The position numbers were made by a program, and so were the translations under genes. Source: Cyanidioschyzon merolae (lineage: Eukaryota). Taken from it: DNA of 64,000 nucleotides. Each line of letters starts with the position of its first letter. Position 1 is the stretch's first letter. This document shows positions 1 through 11,153 of this stretch, one piece after another. Under the pieces are notes generated by a model. The model searched no databases. It saw only the letters and a program-made list of their open reading frames with translations, and had not been told where the DNA came from. The stretch lies in the NCBI GenBank assembly GCA_000091205.1, contig AP006502.2, one strand, 5' to 3'.

Positions 1-773
1 GATTCGTGCAGGATTGCTGGAGTACCGCCCCAGCCGTGCACTGACGCATCATTCCAGATCACGAGGACTCGAGGCTGCGGCCTGTACGCAGACGCTCCGA
101 GTCGCCGCTGGAAGCGTCGCTTCGCTGGGCGTTGCAGGTGCGTCCACATGCACCCTGGCATGCCGTTTCTCTCTCTGCAACTCGATGGATGCACCGAACA
201 GTACACGCCAAACACCAATTTTTGCCAGTCATTCGCATTCGTGTATGCGTCCGTCTGCGAAATGCTCGAAAACGATGCATCCGTGCATGCATGGAATTCA
301 GCGGTGCCTCTGCTGCACCCCTGAACAAGCAGCGTACTGGACCCCGCTGTCTGCAGTGAACGCATCATCGAGCGTTGTCTACCTACGGTAGATGATGGAT
401 CGATCGAATGAGACGAAATCCAAGTTTTTCATTCGACAGCGAGGTGTAATACACGCATGAAGCGGCAGAAGCAGCTCCACGTTATCGAGCTCTTTCCAGC
501 ACATCCTCCAAACGGATCCAGAGCCCAACCGCTGTGCACTTCGTCCAGACACTTGACGAACTCTCTCTCTTGGTGCTCCAGATAGCCGAAACACAACCGC
601 CAATCCAACGAAAAAGAACACATACACACACACACAAACAGAAAGAAAGAGAGAAATCCCTTTACGCTCCTGAGTGCGCGCTGACTGGCTGTCGCGCTTC
701 AACGGCGCCCGGCGTCAATGCGTCCAGAGTTACGTACGGCGTTGCGTTGTGTGTACGCTCGAAACAGCAACTG

Positions 774-2498
774 ATGGCATCATCTGGTGTTCATATGCAT
801 CAAGTTTGGCGTAAACTGAAGACCCACGCGAGTGATGTCATTTCAAACCTGCACCTCGCTCAGCTTTTACAAGACGAGCAGCGATGCACCGCATTTCGAG
901 CGACCCTGAATGATCTGGTGTACGACTACGCGCGTCAGCGGGCAACCCCTGAGACGCTGTCGCTGCTTATCGAGTTCGCTGACGCGTCAGAACTCGGAGC
1001 GAAAATCGATAGAATGTTTCAGGGTGAGAAGATCAACTTGACAGAAGATCGTGCTGTTCTGCACGTCGCTCTGCGGGCGCCACGCGATCCGACAATCTGG
1101 CCTGCTTCCGTGCGTCTACCTGAGCAGGCGGTTTCAGAGGTCCACGATGTACTCGCGCAGATCGAGCGTTTCAGTGAACGCATTCGAAAGGGCCGCGAAT
1201 GGGTTGGAGCAACCGGCAAGCCGTTGACAGACGTTGTCAGTATCGGTATCGGTGGGAGTTATCTGGGTCCAGAGTTTGTCTACGAAGCGCTGAGGACTGA
1301 CCATAAAGCAGCGGAGGCGGCACGCGGCCGACGACTACGATTTCTGGCGAACGTGGACCCGACGGACGTGCACCGAGCACTTGACGGCCTTAACCCGGAA
1401 ACCACGCTCGTCGTTGTGGTGAGCAAAACCTTCACGACCGCGGAGACGATGTTGAATGCGCGCACCCTGAAACGCTGGCTCATGGATGCATTAGGTGAGT
1501 CCGCGGTGGCGAAGCACATGGTTGCCGTCAGCACCAACACCGAGGCGGTGAAGGCGTTTGGTATCGATCCCCAGGAAGGCATGTTTCGATTCTGGGATTG
1601 GGTCGGGGGTCGCTTTTCGGTCTGCAGCGCGGTCGGCCTGGTACCGCTTTCGCTCCAGTACGGTTTCGGCATCATGCGGGAGTTTCTTGCGGGAGCGCAT
1701 GAAATCGATTGGCACTTTGCAACGGAACGGGACTGGCGCAAGAACATTCCGGTTCTCATGGGGCTATTCGGGGTCTGGAATGCGTCTTTCCTTGGATACA
1801 GCACACGTGCGCTGCTCCCATACGCGCAGGCGCTGTTGCGTTTCGCGCCTCACATCCAGCAGGTCGACATGGAAAGCAACGGCAAGGGCGTCGACATCCA
1901 CGGAGAAGCGCTCATCGATCCAACGGCGACCGGCGTAGTGGATTTCGGTGAACCCGGCACAAACGGCCAACATTCTTTCTATCAACTGATGCACCAGGGG
2001 CGAGTCATACCTGCCGATTTTGTTGGCTTTCGACGATCGCAAACACCCATTGTTCTGGAGGGTGAGCCGGTCTCAAATCATGACGAATTGATGAGTAATT
2101 TCTTCGCCCAGCCGGACGCTCTCGCCATAGGCAAGACGCGCGAGGAGCTCGTCGCCGAGGGCGTACCCGAAGCGCTCCTGAATCACAAGATTTTCCCAGG
2201 GAATCGTCCATCGAGCAGCATGCTCTTTGACTGTCTTGATGCGCGAACTGTGGGTCGACTTTTGGCTCTATATGAGCACCGCGCAGCCGTCGAGGGTTTC
2301 CTTTGGAATCTGAATAGCTTCGATCAGTGGGGTGTGGAACTCGGCAAAGTGCTTGCAAAACGCATCCGCAATGAACTGGCGCGGAGACGTCAGGCCGAAG
2401 GAAAGCCAGCTGCCGGACAGGCTGCAACCGATCATCATTGGAACGCCAGCACCCGCTTCCTTTTAGACGCTTATTTCACGCCAAGTACCGGGCAGTGA
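774..2498 (+). CDS. PGI: Glucose-6-phosphate isomerase (PGI). The ORF opens at 534, but the likely start is the ATG at 774 ('[12 protein letters not shown]'). The upstream in-frame stretch is encoded by a (CA)n tract ('THTHTHK') and is unlikely to be coding.
   Basis: PGI hallmark motifs '[14 protein letters not shown]', '[14 protein letters not shown]', '[17 protein letters not shown]' and '[17 protein letters not shown]' in one full-length ~574 aa frame. Confidence 0.9.
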   Translation: MASSGVHMHQVWRKLKTHASDVISNLHLAQLLQDEQRCTAFRATLNDLVYDYARQRATPETLSLLIEFADASELGAKIDRMFQGEKINLTEDRAVLHVALRAPRDPTIWPASVRLPEQAVSEVHDVLAQIERFSERIRKGREWVGATGKPLTDVVSIGIGGSYLGPEFVYEALRTDHKAAEAARGRRLRFLANVDPTDVHRALDGLNPETTLVVVVSKTFTTAETMLNARTLKRWLMDALGESAVAKHMVAVSTNTEAVKAFGIDPQEGMFRFWDWVGGRFSVCSAVGLVPLSLQYGFGIMREFLAGAHEIDWHFATERDWRKNIPVLMGLFGVWNASFLGYSTRALLPYAQALLRFAPHIQQVDMESNGKGVDIHGEALIDPTATGVVDFGEPGTNGQHSFYQLMHQGRVIPADFVGFRRSQTPIVLEGEPVSNHDELMSNFFAQPDALAIGKTREELVAEGVPEALLNHKIFPGNRPSSSMLFDCLDARTVGRLLALYEHRAAVEGFLWNLNSFDQWGVELGKVLAKRIRNELARRRQAEGKPAAGQAATDHHWNASTRFLLDAYFTPSTGQ

Positions 2499-2968
2499 GC
2501 GGCTGTGTGCTCGACGACAGCGCTGAAGGATCGGTTTCGGTTTGAGCTGCCTGCACTCGGCTCCAGCGTTACCACGGCACACGAGCACGTTGATGGTGAC
2601 GAGACTGCGTGTGCGCGTTTACCGAACTGCGACATGCTCTGTGGCGTGTCGCACCAGCCGAGAAAGATCCCCGCTAACCAAAAGGTTGTCGCAGATCGCA
2701 CACACGCTCCGGGACTTGTGCCGTGCGAGCCACATTGAGGCACGACTCTCATCTTCGAGCTGGCATCCAGAGGTGGCAGGCTGCCGGTGGCCGCCCTGAT
2801 GCCGCCGGCATGGCACTCGAGCTGACACCCCTGACCCAGTTCGGTCCAAGGCGGGCATGTCGAGCCTCGCAGTCATCACTGCCCTGATCCACTGCCCCTA
2901 TCGTCCGGTACGAGCTTGTCGACGATGCTACAAACGAGTGCATGTCAACGCTGTGTGCTCTTGTTTGC

Positions 2969-4486
2969 TCACGACTGCGCGTTTTCGGAGGCCGCGATTG
3001 CAATCCGCGAATCGAAATCCATATACTGAATCATTCGCGGCTTCGGCAGCGTGACAATGCGTCGGCAGGGGAAACAGCGCGTCGAGCGGTCTGCTTCCTG
3101 TTCCGTTTCCGAATCCGCCGAAGCGCCCTCGAGTCGGGCTAGGCGCTCGCTGAGAGCCCGTTCTGCCGTTGTATCCTCTGCCAGGTGCGCATGTATCCAG
3201 CGCAACGTCGCCAGCTGGGTATGGCCCTCCGCCCGAACACGACGACAATCTGCGGCAAAGTCCTCCCCAAACCATTCAAATAGCCGAGATAATTGAATTG
3301 ACGATTTGGCCTGTAACGGAATAAAAACCTGGCGGGGATTCAGAAGAAACGACGTCGTCGCTGCATCCAAGTCGCATTCCCAACGCGACAAATGAACGCA
3401 GCGAGGTAACGGACTCGAACGAGCGCCCCAGTGCAAAACGAAATGCACTCGCGGTTCACAGACGGAAACCAGGAGCGGAGCAAAACGTTCCTGGTCCTTG
3501 CCTAGCGATTGCCGGCACCCGAAGCGAATCACCTGGTCCCGCAAATCCTCCAGCGTCATGAGCTCCCCACACAGGACGAAATGCGTACGACGCAGGAGCT
3601 CCATGGCGTCCGGGAAACGAGACGATTTCGCGGTGCCGCGTAGTTTCAGCTCCTGAATGACCGCCTGGATCACCATTCCGTTGAAGATGTTACAGTAAAA
3701 GGCCAGCTTCTGGCCGTCATCGGCGAGCGAGTCATCAGGACGACGGCACCACGCAAGCAGGGAGGCCAATGTGAGCCACTCGGGAAAACATGGGTCCGCG
3801 AACACCGCCTCGTAGCGTAGACCGTAATCCGCGTAGTCTTCGACGGGAAGCGCGACCTGCAGCAGCGCGTCCAGCACACGCTCAGTCTCGAGGGCCAGGG
3901 TGCGTGCGGGATACCGCGCGCTCCGGCGCAGACTCTCCGGAAGTCGCAACAGCGTATTCAACGAACACTCGCTTTCATTCTGCATAAAGTGGACGACGCC
4001 GTAGTCGGGCGCATCTGCAAGGCCTGCCACGCCCGAGGCTGTCGGATGCCCGTTCACACCGGTTTCCGGTGGCGAGCGCAGAGGCGAGGCCACCAGAACC
4101 CCGTACGCCACCAGTCGCTGCAGAACGCGCTCCAGAGCAGCGTTCTTATCTTCAAGCGTGTCAGTTGCCGAAACACTCGCGTCTTTGACAGGTGACGAGA
4201 AAGAAGTTTCTAGCGCGTCTCGGGTCGCACTGTGCTCATCAAGCCAAGTGGTCTCTTCGTGCAACCAGGTCTCGACGTGTGCGCGCGTGATCCAGGTTGG
4301 CCCTTTACGAGACGAAACTGTCACATGACGTGCAAAACTTGGCAACGACTGACGCACCCCACCGATATTCCCGAATAAAAGTCCGAACACGGCAGCGTGT
4401 AGACGAACGAGGCTCTCGGAGAGAATCGAGGCGCTGTTGCTGGTGCTCGGTGGACGCGGCGTTGACACCGGCGGCGTGCGCATCAC
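2969..4486 (-). CDS. DUF547 domain-containing protein (505 aa)
   Basis: 'AFYCNIFNGMVIQAVI...' and 'EPRVHFVLHWGARSSPLPR' match the DUF547 signature (aFWiNiYN ... prihFALncGa.SCP). The N-terminus is Ser/Thr/Pro-rich. Confidence 0.5.
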   Translation of the reverse strand: MMRTPPVSTPRPPSTSNSASILSESLVRLHAAVFGLLFGNIGGVRQSLPSFARHVTVSSRKGPTWITRAHVETWLHEETTWLDEHSATRDALETSFSSPVKDASVSATDTLEDKNAALERVLQRLVAYGVLVASPLRSPPETGVNGHPTASGVAGLADAPDYGVVHFMQNESECSLNTLLRLPESLRRSARYPARTLALETERVLDALLQVALPVEDYADYGLRYEAVFADPCFPEWLTLASLLAWCRRPDDSLADDGQKLAFYCNIFNGMVIQAVIQELKLRGTAKSSRFPDAMELLRRTHFVLCGELMTLEDLRDQVIRFGCRQSLGKDQERFAPLLVSVCEPRVHFVLHWGARSSPLPRCVHLSRWECDLDAATTSFLLNPRQVFIPLQAKSSIQLSRLFEWFGEDFAADCRRVRAEGHTQLATLRWIHAHLAEDTTAERALSERLARLEGASADSETEQEADRSTRCFPCRRIVTLPKPRMIQYMDFDSRIAIAASENAQS

Positions 4487-6121
4487 AAGTCTACAAGCCT
4501 GGTGTACTGTAGCGATTGCTTGACACTACCAACGCCTCTAAACCGACTGAAAATGTTTCGTAACTACAGAATCGTTTGAAGGCCGCACGTATCTAAACTA
4601 GAAGGGAAAATGAATGTTGACATGCGTGTCGCATTTTCCGTTTCGCGCCGCGACACGCATCTGGGGCACCGACGGATGGACACGTGTCCCCGGCCAGGCG
4701 CTGGATCGCTGGCACCAGGCCTCCGCGGTATATGGCATCGTGGGCTGCCACGCTCTCGTTCGCCGTTTGTTTAGGGAAATAATTTCCGGTATCCATGTAG
4801 GTTGGCTGCGTCTGCATAGATGGATTGGTGCACTGCTTCGTTCCGGGTTCTTGCTTCAATGTGTATTCCCTGTCCTGTGTCTTCTGGGCCCTGATTATTT
4901 TTACATCGAAAGTGTTCAGCGATAGATCACAGCTTACGTTCAGCGTACCGTACGATTCCATGGATATTTCGCTGGACACCGAGGCGCTGGTCGCTTCGGA
5001 CGAACCACACATTACCTGTTATTCATTGAAGTGCTCAAGTCGAGGTAGGGAAAGTGCCTGCGTGCATCGTTGCTTTTGGAATCGCGCGATAGCAAGCTTC
5101 TCACCATCGATTGTCTCGCTAGCGGACGCTCGGTTATACAACCGCACACGAATCTCGTGCTGCTCCACCTCTGTTTTAGGCTCGTATCGTTTACCTACTT
5201 CAGCGCGCGCCTGTGCTCGTGATGTGTGGATGTCGTCCTGGACGCATCGATGGGAATTGTGCAGCTTGGACTCCTGCACTCGTTGAGCGCTTTCATAGCG
5301 GCAGCAGGATTGCGGCCCTTGGAAGCCAAACCACGACTAGCGCCGTAGGCGACAACCAGACCACGTGACATATCGGTTGTTTCGCTTTCCAACTTTACGA
5401 GCAAGTTCAGGAATGCACGCTTCGTACTTCAGTGCAGTTGAAATCGTTACCGACCTCAGCATTGCTTCGTGTACTCCTGTGAAAGATCGTCTGCTTGAGG
5501 CATTTGGAAGGTGATCTGCGCTCTGTATGAAGCGCACAAAAACATTCTCCTGTGCGCGATACGGCGTTGAGCGCATCCAGATGCGTCCGAACGCCGTCGT
5601 TCCTCTTGTTGGCCTCGCTCTTGGCCTCCAGTATACCCAAGTTTGGATCATATCAGTTTAGGAAAAAGTTGATTAGCTTCATCAGCTTTCCTTTTCAGCT
5701 CATTGGTTCCGTCGATTTGATTTAATGCTACGGTGACGGTGACGTCGCATCGAATCTGGGAAGCAGCGAACGTACGCTATCGACAAGATAGCGATGCAAC
5801 GAGGAGCGAGCTCCCCCGGCTTATCACGAGTCCAGCGCCTCTTATTCTCTGCCAGTACCTGCGCATGCCCCGAAGCGTGACGGGAAAGTGTTCGCAGCAA
5901 ACGCTGGTCAATACAGGTCACTCGTCTAAGTGCCACAAGTGTCAGCATTGAGCGATCATCGTCATTGGCACGCGTACGGCGTCAACCAAGTGCACTACGC
6001 AAACGGACCGGTTACGCAGTGACCGCCAGCAGCTGAGCAGTCCCTGAGCCACGCCCATACGTTCTTCGACCTGTCTGCGACGTTTGGCAACCAGCGGGTG
6101 ACGCATCCCGTTGTAGCCTGG

Positions 6122-6700
6122 TTAGGGTTCGCGACCGAGCCATTCCTGCTCATAGGTTTGCAGGGCGGCTCGCTCTACTTCTTCTTGGAATAGGCGACCG
6201 GTGCCTTCACAGTGATTGCACGGGACGTATCCACTGCGTCCACAAAGGCGACAAGGCACGGTGCCGTCCGGGCTTTTCCTATTCGGCAAGGTTCCGAGCG
6301 CTAAACACTGACCGCAGACGAGTTTTCCACGTCCTGAGCAGTATGGACACTGCATGCGCTCTCGCGCCCGCGTCTGTGCCAGCTCCAGGGTGAGCAGTGT
6401 GCCCAACACGCCGATGCTTCCACCAGCAAAAGCTGAGGCCAGCTCCTGGATGCCGATCGCCAGCAGGGCCCTACACAGCAACGCTCCCGACGTCCTGCGT
6501 CGAGTAGAACGCACTTTTCGGCACAATACGAAGCGTTTCGCATGCTCTGTACGGCAGAACGTCCCAGATGCTGCAGCAGAACCGCGGCGGTGTCGGTACC
6601 CCAGCAGTGCAGCAGTCGTTGAAGCTGGCCTCAGTGTCGGGAGTGCCTGACACTGGTATAGGAGAAGCTGCGCACTTTTCGAGCCAGGCGAGCAGGCCAT
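6122..6700 (-). CDS. DnaJ-type zinc-finger protein (four CxxCxGxG repeats) with a predicted TM helix and an S/T/R-rich N-terminus; resembles plastid LQY1/BSD2/PSA2-like small zinc-finger proteins
   Basis: 'CPYCSGRG', 'CGQCLALG', 'CRLCGRSG' and 'CNHCEGTG' repeats; hydrophobic stretch 'ALLAIGIQELASAFAGGSIGVLGTLLTL'; the N-terminal region looks like a transit peptide. Confidence 0.55.
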   Translation of the reverse strand: MACSPGSKSAQLLLYQCQALPTLRPASTTAALLGYRHRRGSAAASGTFCRTEHAKRFVLCRKVRSTRRRTSGALLCRALLAIGIQELASAFAGGSIGVLGTLLTLELAQTRARERMQCPYCSGRGKLVCGQCLALGTLPNRKSPDGTVPCRLCGRSGYVPCNHCEGTGRLFQEEVERAALQTYEQEWLGREP

Positions 6701-6950
6701 TCACGCACAAGTCTAGGCAGCTTCAGACACCTTGGCAACGTCTGAGGCAGGTCTGCAAGCGTACACGACCGGCGACGACAACTCGGCACCAGCAGTGAGC
6801 GCAGTTCTTGCGTTGAACGTTCCGCCGCCATTGCCGGTTTTTTTTGACCAGCACTAGCGCTGGACACAAGTTCGTCGACGACCTGGCGCACTGACACCAT
6901 CAGTTACATCGAAGCGATCGATCCCTTTTTCATTATGTTGTAGAAATCTA

Positions 6951-7415
6951 TTGAAAATTGTCGACTTCATGAGTTCTGGCAATACCTTGGCACCGCGTCT
7001 GTCGAGGAGCACCCCGCCTGTCTGCGAGCCAGGCGACGGGAAAGCGCAGCGCAACTGCGGTGTGCGTTTCTTGCGGCAACTCTGGTATTGTTGCTGCCCA
7101 CCGAACGAGTTTGCTATCGGTCGTGATATTCTGGCGCTAGAGCGCACCTTTTTGGCAACGGTTCGAACGAGCGTAACAGCGTCTTCTCTAGGCGTTGCCG
7201 TAGCCGTGCTCTTATCGTCAAGGATGGCGCGGATCATTGGAACACTCATGGTCGCCCTGAGTCAGTTTATGGTAGTGATTGCGTTATGGAGGTTTACTGT
7301 TCAGAGTGCGTCGTTGGGGCAGCGCTCCTTCTCGCCAGACACCGTTCTGCCCTGGTTCATCGTTGTCTTACTGGGCACTGCACTTGTTCTGTCGATCGTG
7401 GTCGTATTCAGATGA
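6951..7415 (+). CDS. Small DUF202 (YidH-like) membrane protein, 154 aa
   Basis: 'GRDILALERTFLATVRT' matches the DUF202 RDxLAxERTxLAWxRT motif, followed by two hydrophobic helices. The ORF is short, so this is tentative. Confidence 0.35.
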   Translation: MKIVDFMSSGNTLAPRLSRSTPPVCEPGDGKAQRNCGVRFLRQLWYCCCPPNEFAIGRDILALERTFLATVRTSVTASSLGVAVAVLLSSRMARIIGTLMVALSQFMVVIALWRFTVQSASLGQRSFSPDTVLPWFIVVLLGTALVLSIVVVFR

Positions 7416-8651
7416 GCGCAGTGGGCCAGCATCCTTTGTCTTTCTTATCCTATTTGGACATGATGGATTGCAGAGATTGCATCGGTGCATTGCGAGCTGC
7501 TTTACATTGGATGTTGAGAAAGTGAAACGGGACGAGGTAGGTCGCGGCATTGCAGGTGTCCAAGCTGCTGCATGTGTATATGTGTTGCCATCTAGCCGCA
7601 GGAAGCTCGTCTTCATGCATCCGTCCACGATTGACTTGTAAACAAGACATTCTAGGATCAGTCAGGAGCGCCTGCGAGACGACAAGGCGAATTAAGGTCA
7701 ACAGGAGCGAACTTCGCACTGCATCACCGAAAGTTGCGGCCTGTAGACGCGAGTATCGGGAAATCACGTTGCCGCTGAGGAGGAGCTGCTGCTCAAGCGC
7801 GGACTCGTCCACCGTTTCCGGGAACACGTCCTCAAGGAAAGCTTTTCCCAACCACAATGAAGCTTGTCGTTTCAAATGGCAGCAGGTTCCTGGTTTGGTG
7901 AAGCACACACACCAACGGCGACACTGAGCGACAAGATCGACTAGCACCTGGCCTGCGTTCGTGCTTGTGCAAAGCAGCTAGCGTTCCCCTGATTTCCCTG
8001 GAAGCTCTGCGCATTCCAGTTCGTTTCTAACCTTTCGCGAAGCGGGTTGAGACCTTGAGTTGGGCGCCTATCACACGCGAATTCGGAGTCCGTTGCGTAA
8101 AACTCGATATGTCCCGCGACACTGAGCCTCATTCACAGCACGTCCCGTCGTTGATACTCGTAGCGACGACACTTGGACTTTTATGTTTAGGCTGCGTACA
8201 ATCACGCCTGGAGCCACCTAAAGGCACTGGGCGGATACGCACTGAAAATCGTCTCAAAGTACGCGCTCCCCTGTACCATGTAGACGCCTCCTGCTGTACG
8301 GAGCTTCACACACAAGCGCACCTTCATCGCAGTCGTGACCGTCCTGCTTCCGGAGTTCTACTTGACATCGCCAGTGATTCTCAGTCGACAACCCAGGTTT
8401 TTTTCGCATTCAGAGTCGTACGAGGTTCGAAAGCACCCTGAAGATCCATCCCCCGTCGATGGTATGCCTCTCGCACTTGTGTCGCAGTGTCGCTCTCCCA
8501 GGTAGTACTCGTTCTCGCCCGCGCGTCCTCGAACCCGATTCCATAACTGCTGTTGCTCTGGCGAGCGGCTTTCGCAGTGCCGCTGCTTTCACTCTTTGCG
8601 GAGGTGCAGTTCGTATGACTCTGATAACCGACAGCCTACGTTCCTTTACTG

Positions 8652-10352
8652 ATGAACGAAAGCAGCACGCACGGGGGTCCAGGCAAAACGCAACAGAGCT
8701 CACGACGTGCGCAGGAACCCCGGCAGACTCGTTCGAGACCCAGTGTGGTAGTCTCGGGAGCCGGTTCGAGGGCGTCACGCCCGCTGCTGCGCGGCACAGA
8801 GGAAGCGGAAAAGGTAGACCATGCGCCTTTGGAATCTAGTAGAAATTCTTTGGCTTCGAAACAACCGAATAATCAGACCGCAACGCTGAGTCAAGCCACC
8901 AAGTCGAACTCGATGACCCGAGGAAGCGGGTCCACCCCGGGGCAACGACCTGCCCCGGTACACCAAAGCGCAGCACCGTCCACAGTGGCCGCAGCGGCGA
9001 GCAGTACCCGGGAGTTGTATGCGCTGCGAGCGGAAGTGGCGAAACTTCGGCTGCGCTGCGAGGAACTGGAAAACGAGCTAGCGCTGCTTCGCAAGCAAGT
9101 GAGCACAGTTGCTCTGCCGCCTGTGGCATCATCCGCGTCGACAAACACCAGTAATGCCAAGGAGTTGGCGCAGGCCTCGCAAGCACCCGCTCCAGAAGCC
9201 AGTCAGGTGGCGGCGACTGGAGCCGCTGGAACACCCGCATCTCAAACGACCGCTAGACTTGCGTCTACGTCGCGCTTGCACAACGACATCACTTGGCATA
9301 GCGAAAGCCAAGTGCTCGACTGGGCCGATGAAATGGAAACCATGGAGCTCGAGCGTCGCGGGCGAAACAGCAGCACCGAAAAGTCGGTTGTGAACGTTCC
9401 TCGCCCGACGCCCGGCACCTGGACGAGGAAGCCAGCATCGGCATCGGGTGCCGGGCCTGAAAGGCCGCCCCAGCCGCCTTTACCATCCACGCGAGATACA
9501 GGACAGCAACAACGACAACTGAGTGAAGCGCAATCATTGGAACACCCACAGAGAATCCGGCAACGTGAGCCTCGTCCGCATGGTACAGAGCAAAACCGCG
9601 AAGCGCGTCAACAGCAGCGGCGGCAGCGTCGAGAGCGTCCTTTCCAAGAGCGAACGCTTACCGCAGATGCCAAGACGCAACCACACGCGAGCAGTGCAGC
9701 GAGCAAGTCTGCGGAAGCGCCACCACCAGTCCAGAGACCGCACCGAGAGACCGTAGAGAGACCGCCAGCGTCTGCCTGGCTGTTCGCCGTTCACGCTCGA
9801 GCACAGCCGGACAAGTTGCGTTTCCTGGTATCGAGTCGCGCAGCGGGACCGGAGTCGGCACCTGATCGATTTATTTCGCTTTCGTTTAGTGTATCGCGTT
9901 GGATCAATGACCAAGCCTTTCACAAGACACTGATGCGCATGCTTCTGCAATTGTGGCGGCGTCTTGCGCCACCAGCACTCGATTCTGGAACAACGCAACA
10001 GCAACAGCAACAAATACCGCCACCCTTAGCGGAGCTGCTTCGCCAACCTGAAACGGAAGAGCAGCGCCCGCTGGATCGCCAACAGGTCTGGGCACTATGT
10101 GAGCCGGTGCTGCTCGAGGCGTGCCGCCACCCGACCCTGCTGGTACTTCTCGATTGCCACGGGCTCAACGACAAGACGAAGCAGGCTGTGCGCTTTAATG
10201 TGGCGTACTTTGTGGAGGCAGCTGCAGCTGCTCGAGAGCGCTTTGAAGCGACGTTCGCAATACCACCGCGCCTGGTGCTGGTGCTCGAAAGCTACCCCGT
10301 TCAACGGCGACCGGTTCTCGGGGGCCATCCAGTGTATCCCGTGCAATGCTAA
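8652..10352 (+). CDS. Hypothetical low-complexity (S/T/Q/R/P-rich) protein with a coiled-coil segment, 566 aa
   Basis: Long ORF in a GC-rich region with a coiled-coil-like 'ELYALRAEVAKLRLRCEELENELALLRKQV'. The C-terminal ~120 aa is non-repetitive. No recognisable domain. Confidence 0.35.
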   Translation: MNESSTHGGPGKTQQSSRRAQEPRQTRSRPSVVVSGAGSRASRPLLRGTEEAEKVDHAPLESSRNSLASKQPNNQTATLSQATKSNSMTRGSGSTPGQRPAPVHQSAAPSTVAAAASSTRELYALRAEVAKLRLRCEELENELALLRKQVSTVALPPVASSASTNTSNAKELAQASQAPAPEASQVAATGAAGTPASQTTARLASTSRLHNDITWHSESQVLDWADEMETMELERRGRNSSTEKSVVNVPRPTPGTWTRKPASASGAGPERPPQPPLPSTRDTGQQQRQLSEAQSLEHPQRIRQREPRPHGTEQNREARQQQRRQRRERPFQERTLTADAKTQPHASSAASKSAEAPPPVQRPHRETVERPPASAWLFAVHARAQPDKLRFLVSSRAAGPESAPDRFISLSFSVSRWINDQAFHKTLMRMLLQLWRRLAPPALDSGTTQQQQQQIPPPLAELLRQPETEEQRPLDRQQVWALCEPVLLEACRHPTLLVLLDCHGLNDKTKQAVRFNVAYFVEAAAAARERFEATFAIPPRLVLVLESYPVQRRPVLGGHPVYPVQC

Positions 10353-10618
10353 CAGGACGCAAAGCCCAGCGCTGTGTGTCTCTGTCTGTTTTCGGGGCCG
10401 GGTTTCACGTAGAGACGCGGGGCGCCCTGCTCCCGAACAGTTTCGATACGAGCTGCGTACCTGTGTGCATCACGTATACGTAGGTACACACGACCGCTAT
10501 TCTGGTGATTGCGTTCATTTCATTTTCCTCTTTTCGCCGTTCGCTTAAACCTCTGTCTATGCGAGCAAGCGGCCATCATCATAGAAAGCGCTCCCGATAT
10601 ATACCAGAGCGAGGCGTA

Positions 10619-10646
10619 CTCACACACACACACACACACACACACT
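10619..10646. repeat. (CA)n microsatellite
   Basis: 'cacacacacacacacacacacacac'. Confidence 0.95.
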
Positions 10647-10943
10647 CGGACGCTACTCGGTGTCATGACAGGAAGCACCGGGACTGGACGAACTGGACCT
10701 ATCCCCGGCAGCTGTTGCGATCACGACGATCGCGTACAGCTCCAGCATCAGCGCGACAAGGCCGAAAACGACAACGTCCGACGAGGACGTATCCTGCCAG
10801 CTACGTCTAGACCAGGACGTGACCTGCATTGCCGCTGGAAACGTGGGACCTATTGGATTCGCATTGACAGGAGCACGCTCAAATCAGCGCATTAGAAGCG
10901 GAAAAGGAACGGCAAAGGAGGCAAAGAGCCTCGAGCAACTTTT

Positions 10944-10972
10944 CAGCACAGCACAGCACAGCACAGCACAGC
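10944..10972. repeat. (ACAGC)n pentanucleotide microsatellite, ~6 units
   Basis: 'agcacagcacagcacagcacagcacagc'. Confidence 0.9.
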
Positions 10973-11153
10973 GTTTGCGCTTTGTGGACCTGCTCTCCGT
11001 ACGCTTCAGGCATCTTCGCTAGGAGCACGTATACTGAAGCGTCGGCTATCGTACGACGATGAAAATACCCAGCGCGCTAGTCCAGGAGCGTTCCCACGGT
11101 GCATGCCTGGAGCCATGGAGGTGATAGACGTCCTGCAGCGATTCGCTCTTCCA

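Noticed and set aside
534-773. 80-aa N-terminal extension of the PGI ORF (start at 534)
   Set aside because: The extension is largely encoded by a (CA)n/(CAAA)-rich tract ('[13 protein letters not shown]') and lacks transit-peptide character. The ATG at 774 gives a PGI of canonical length.
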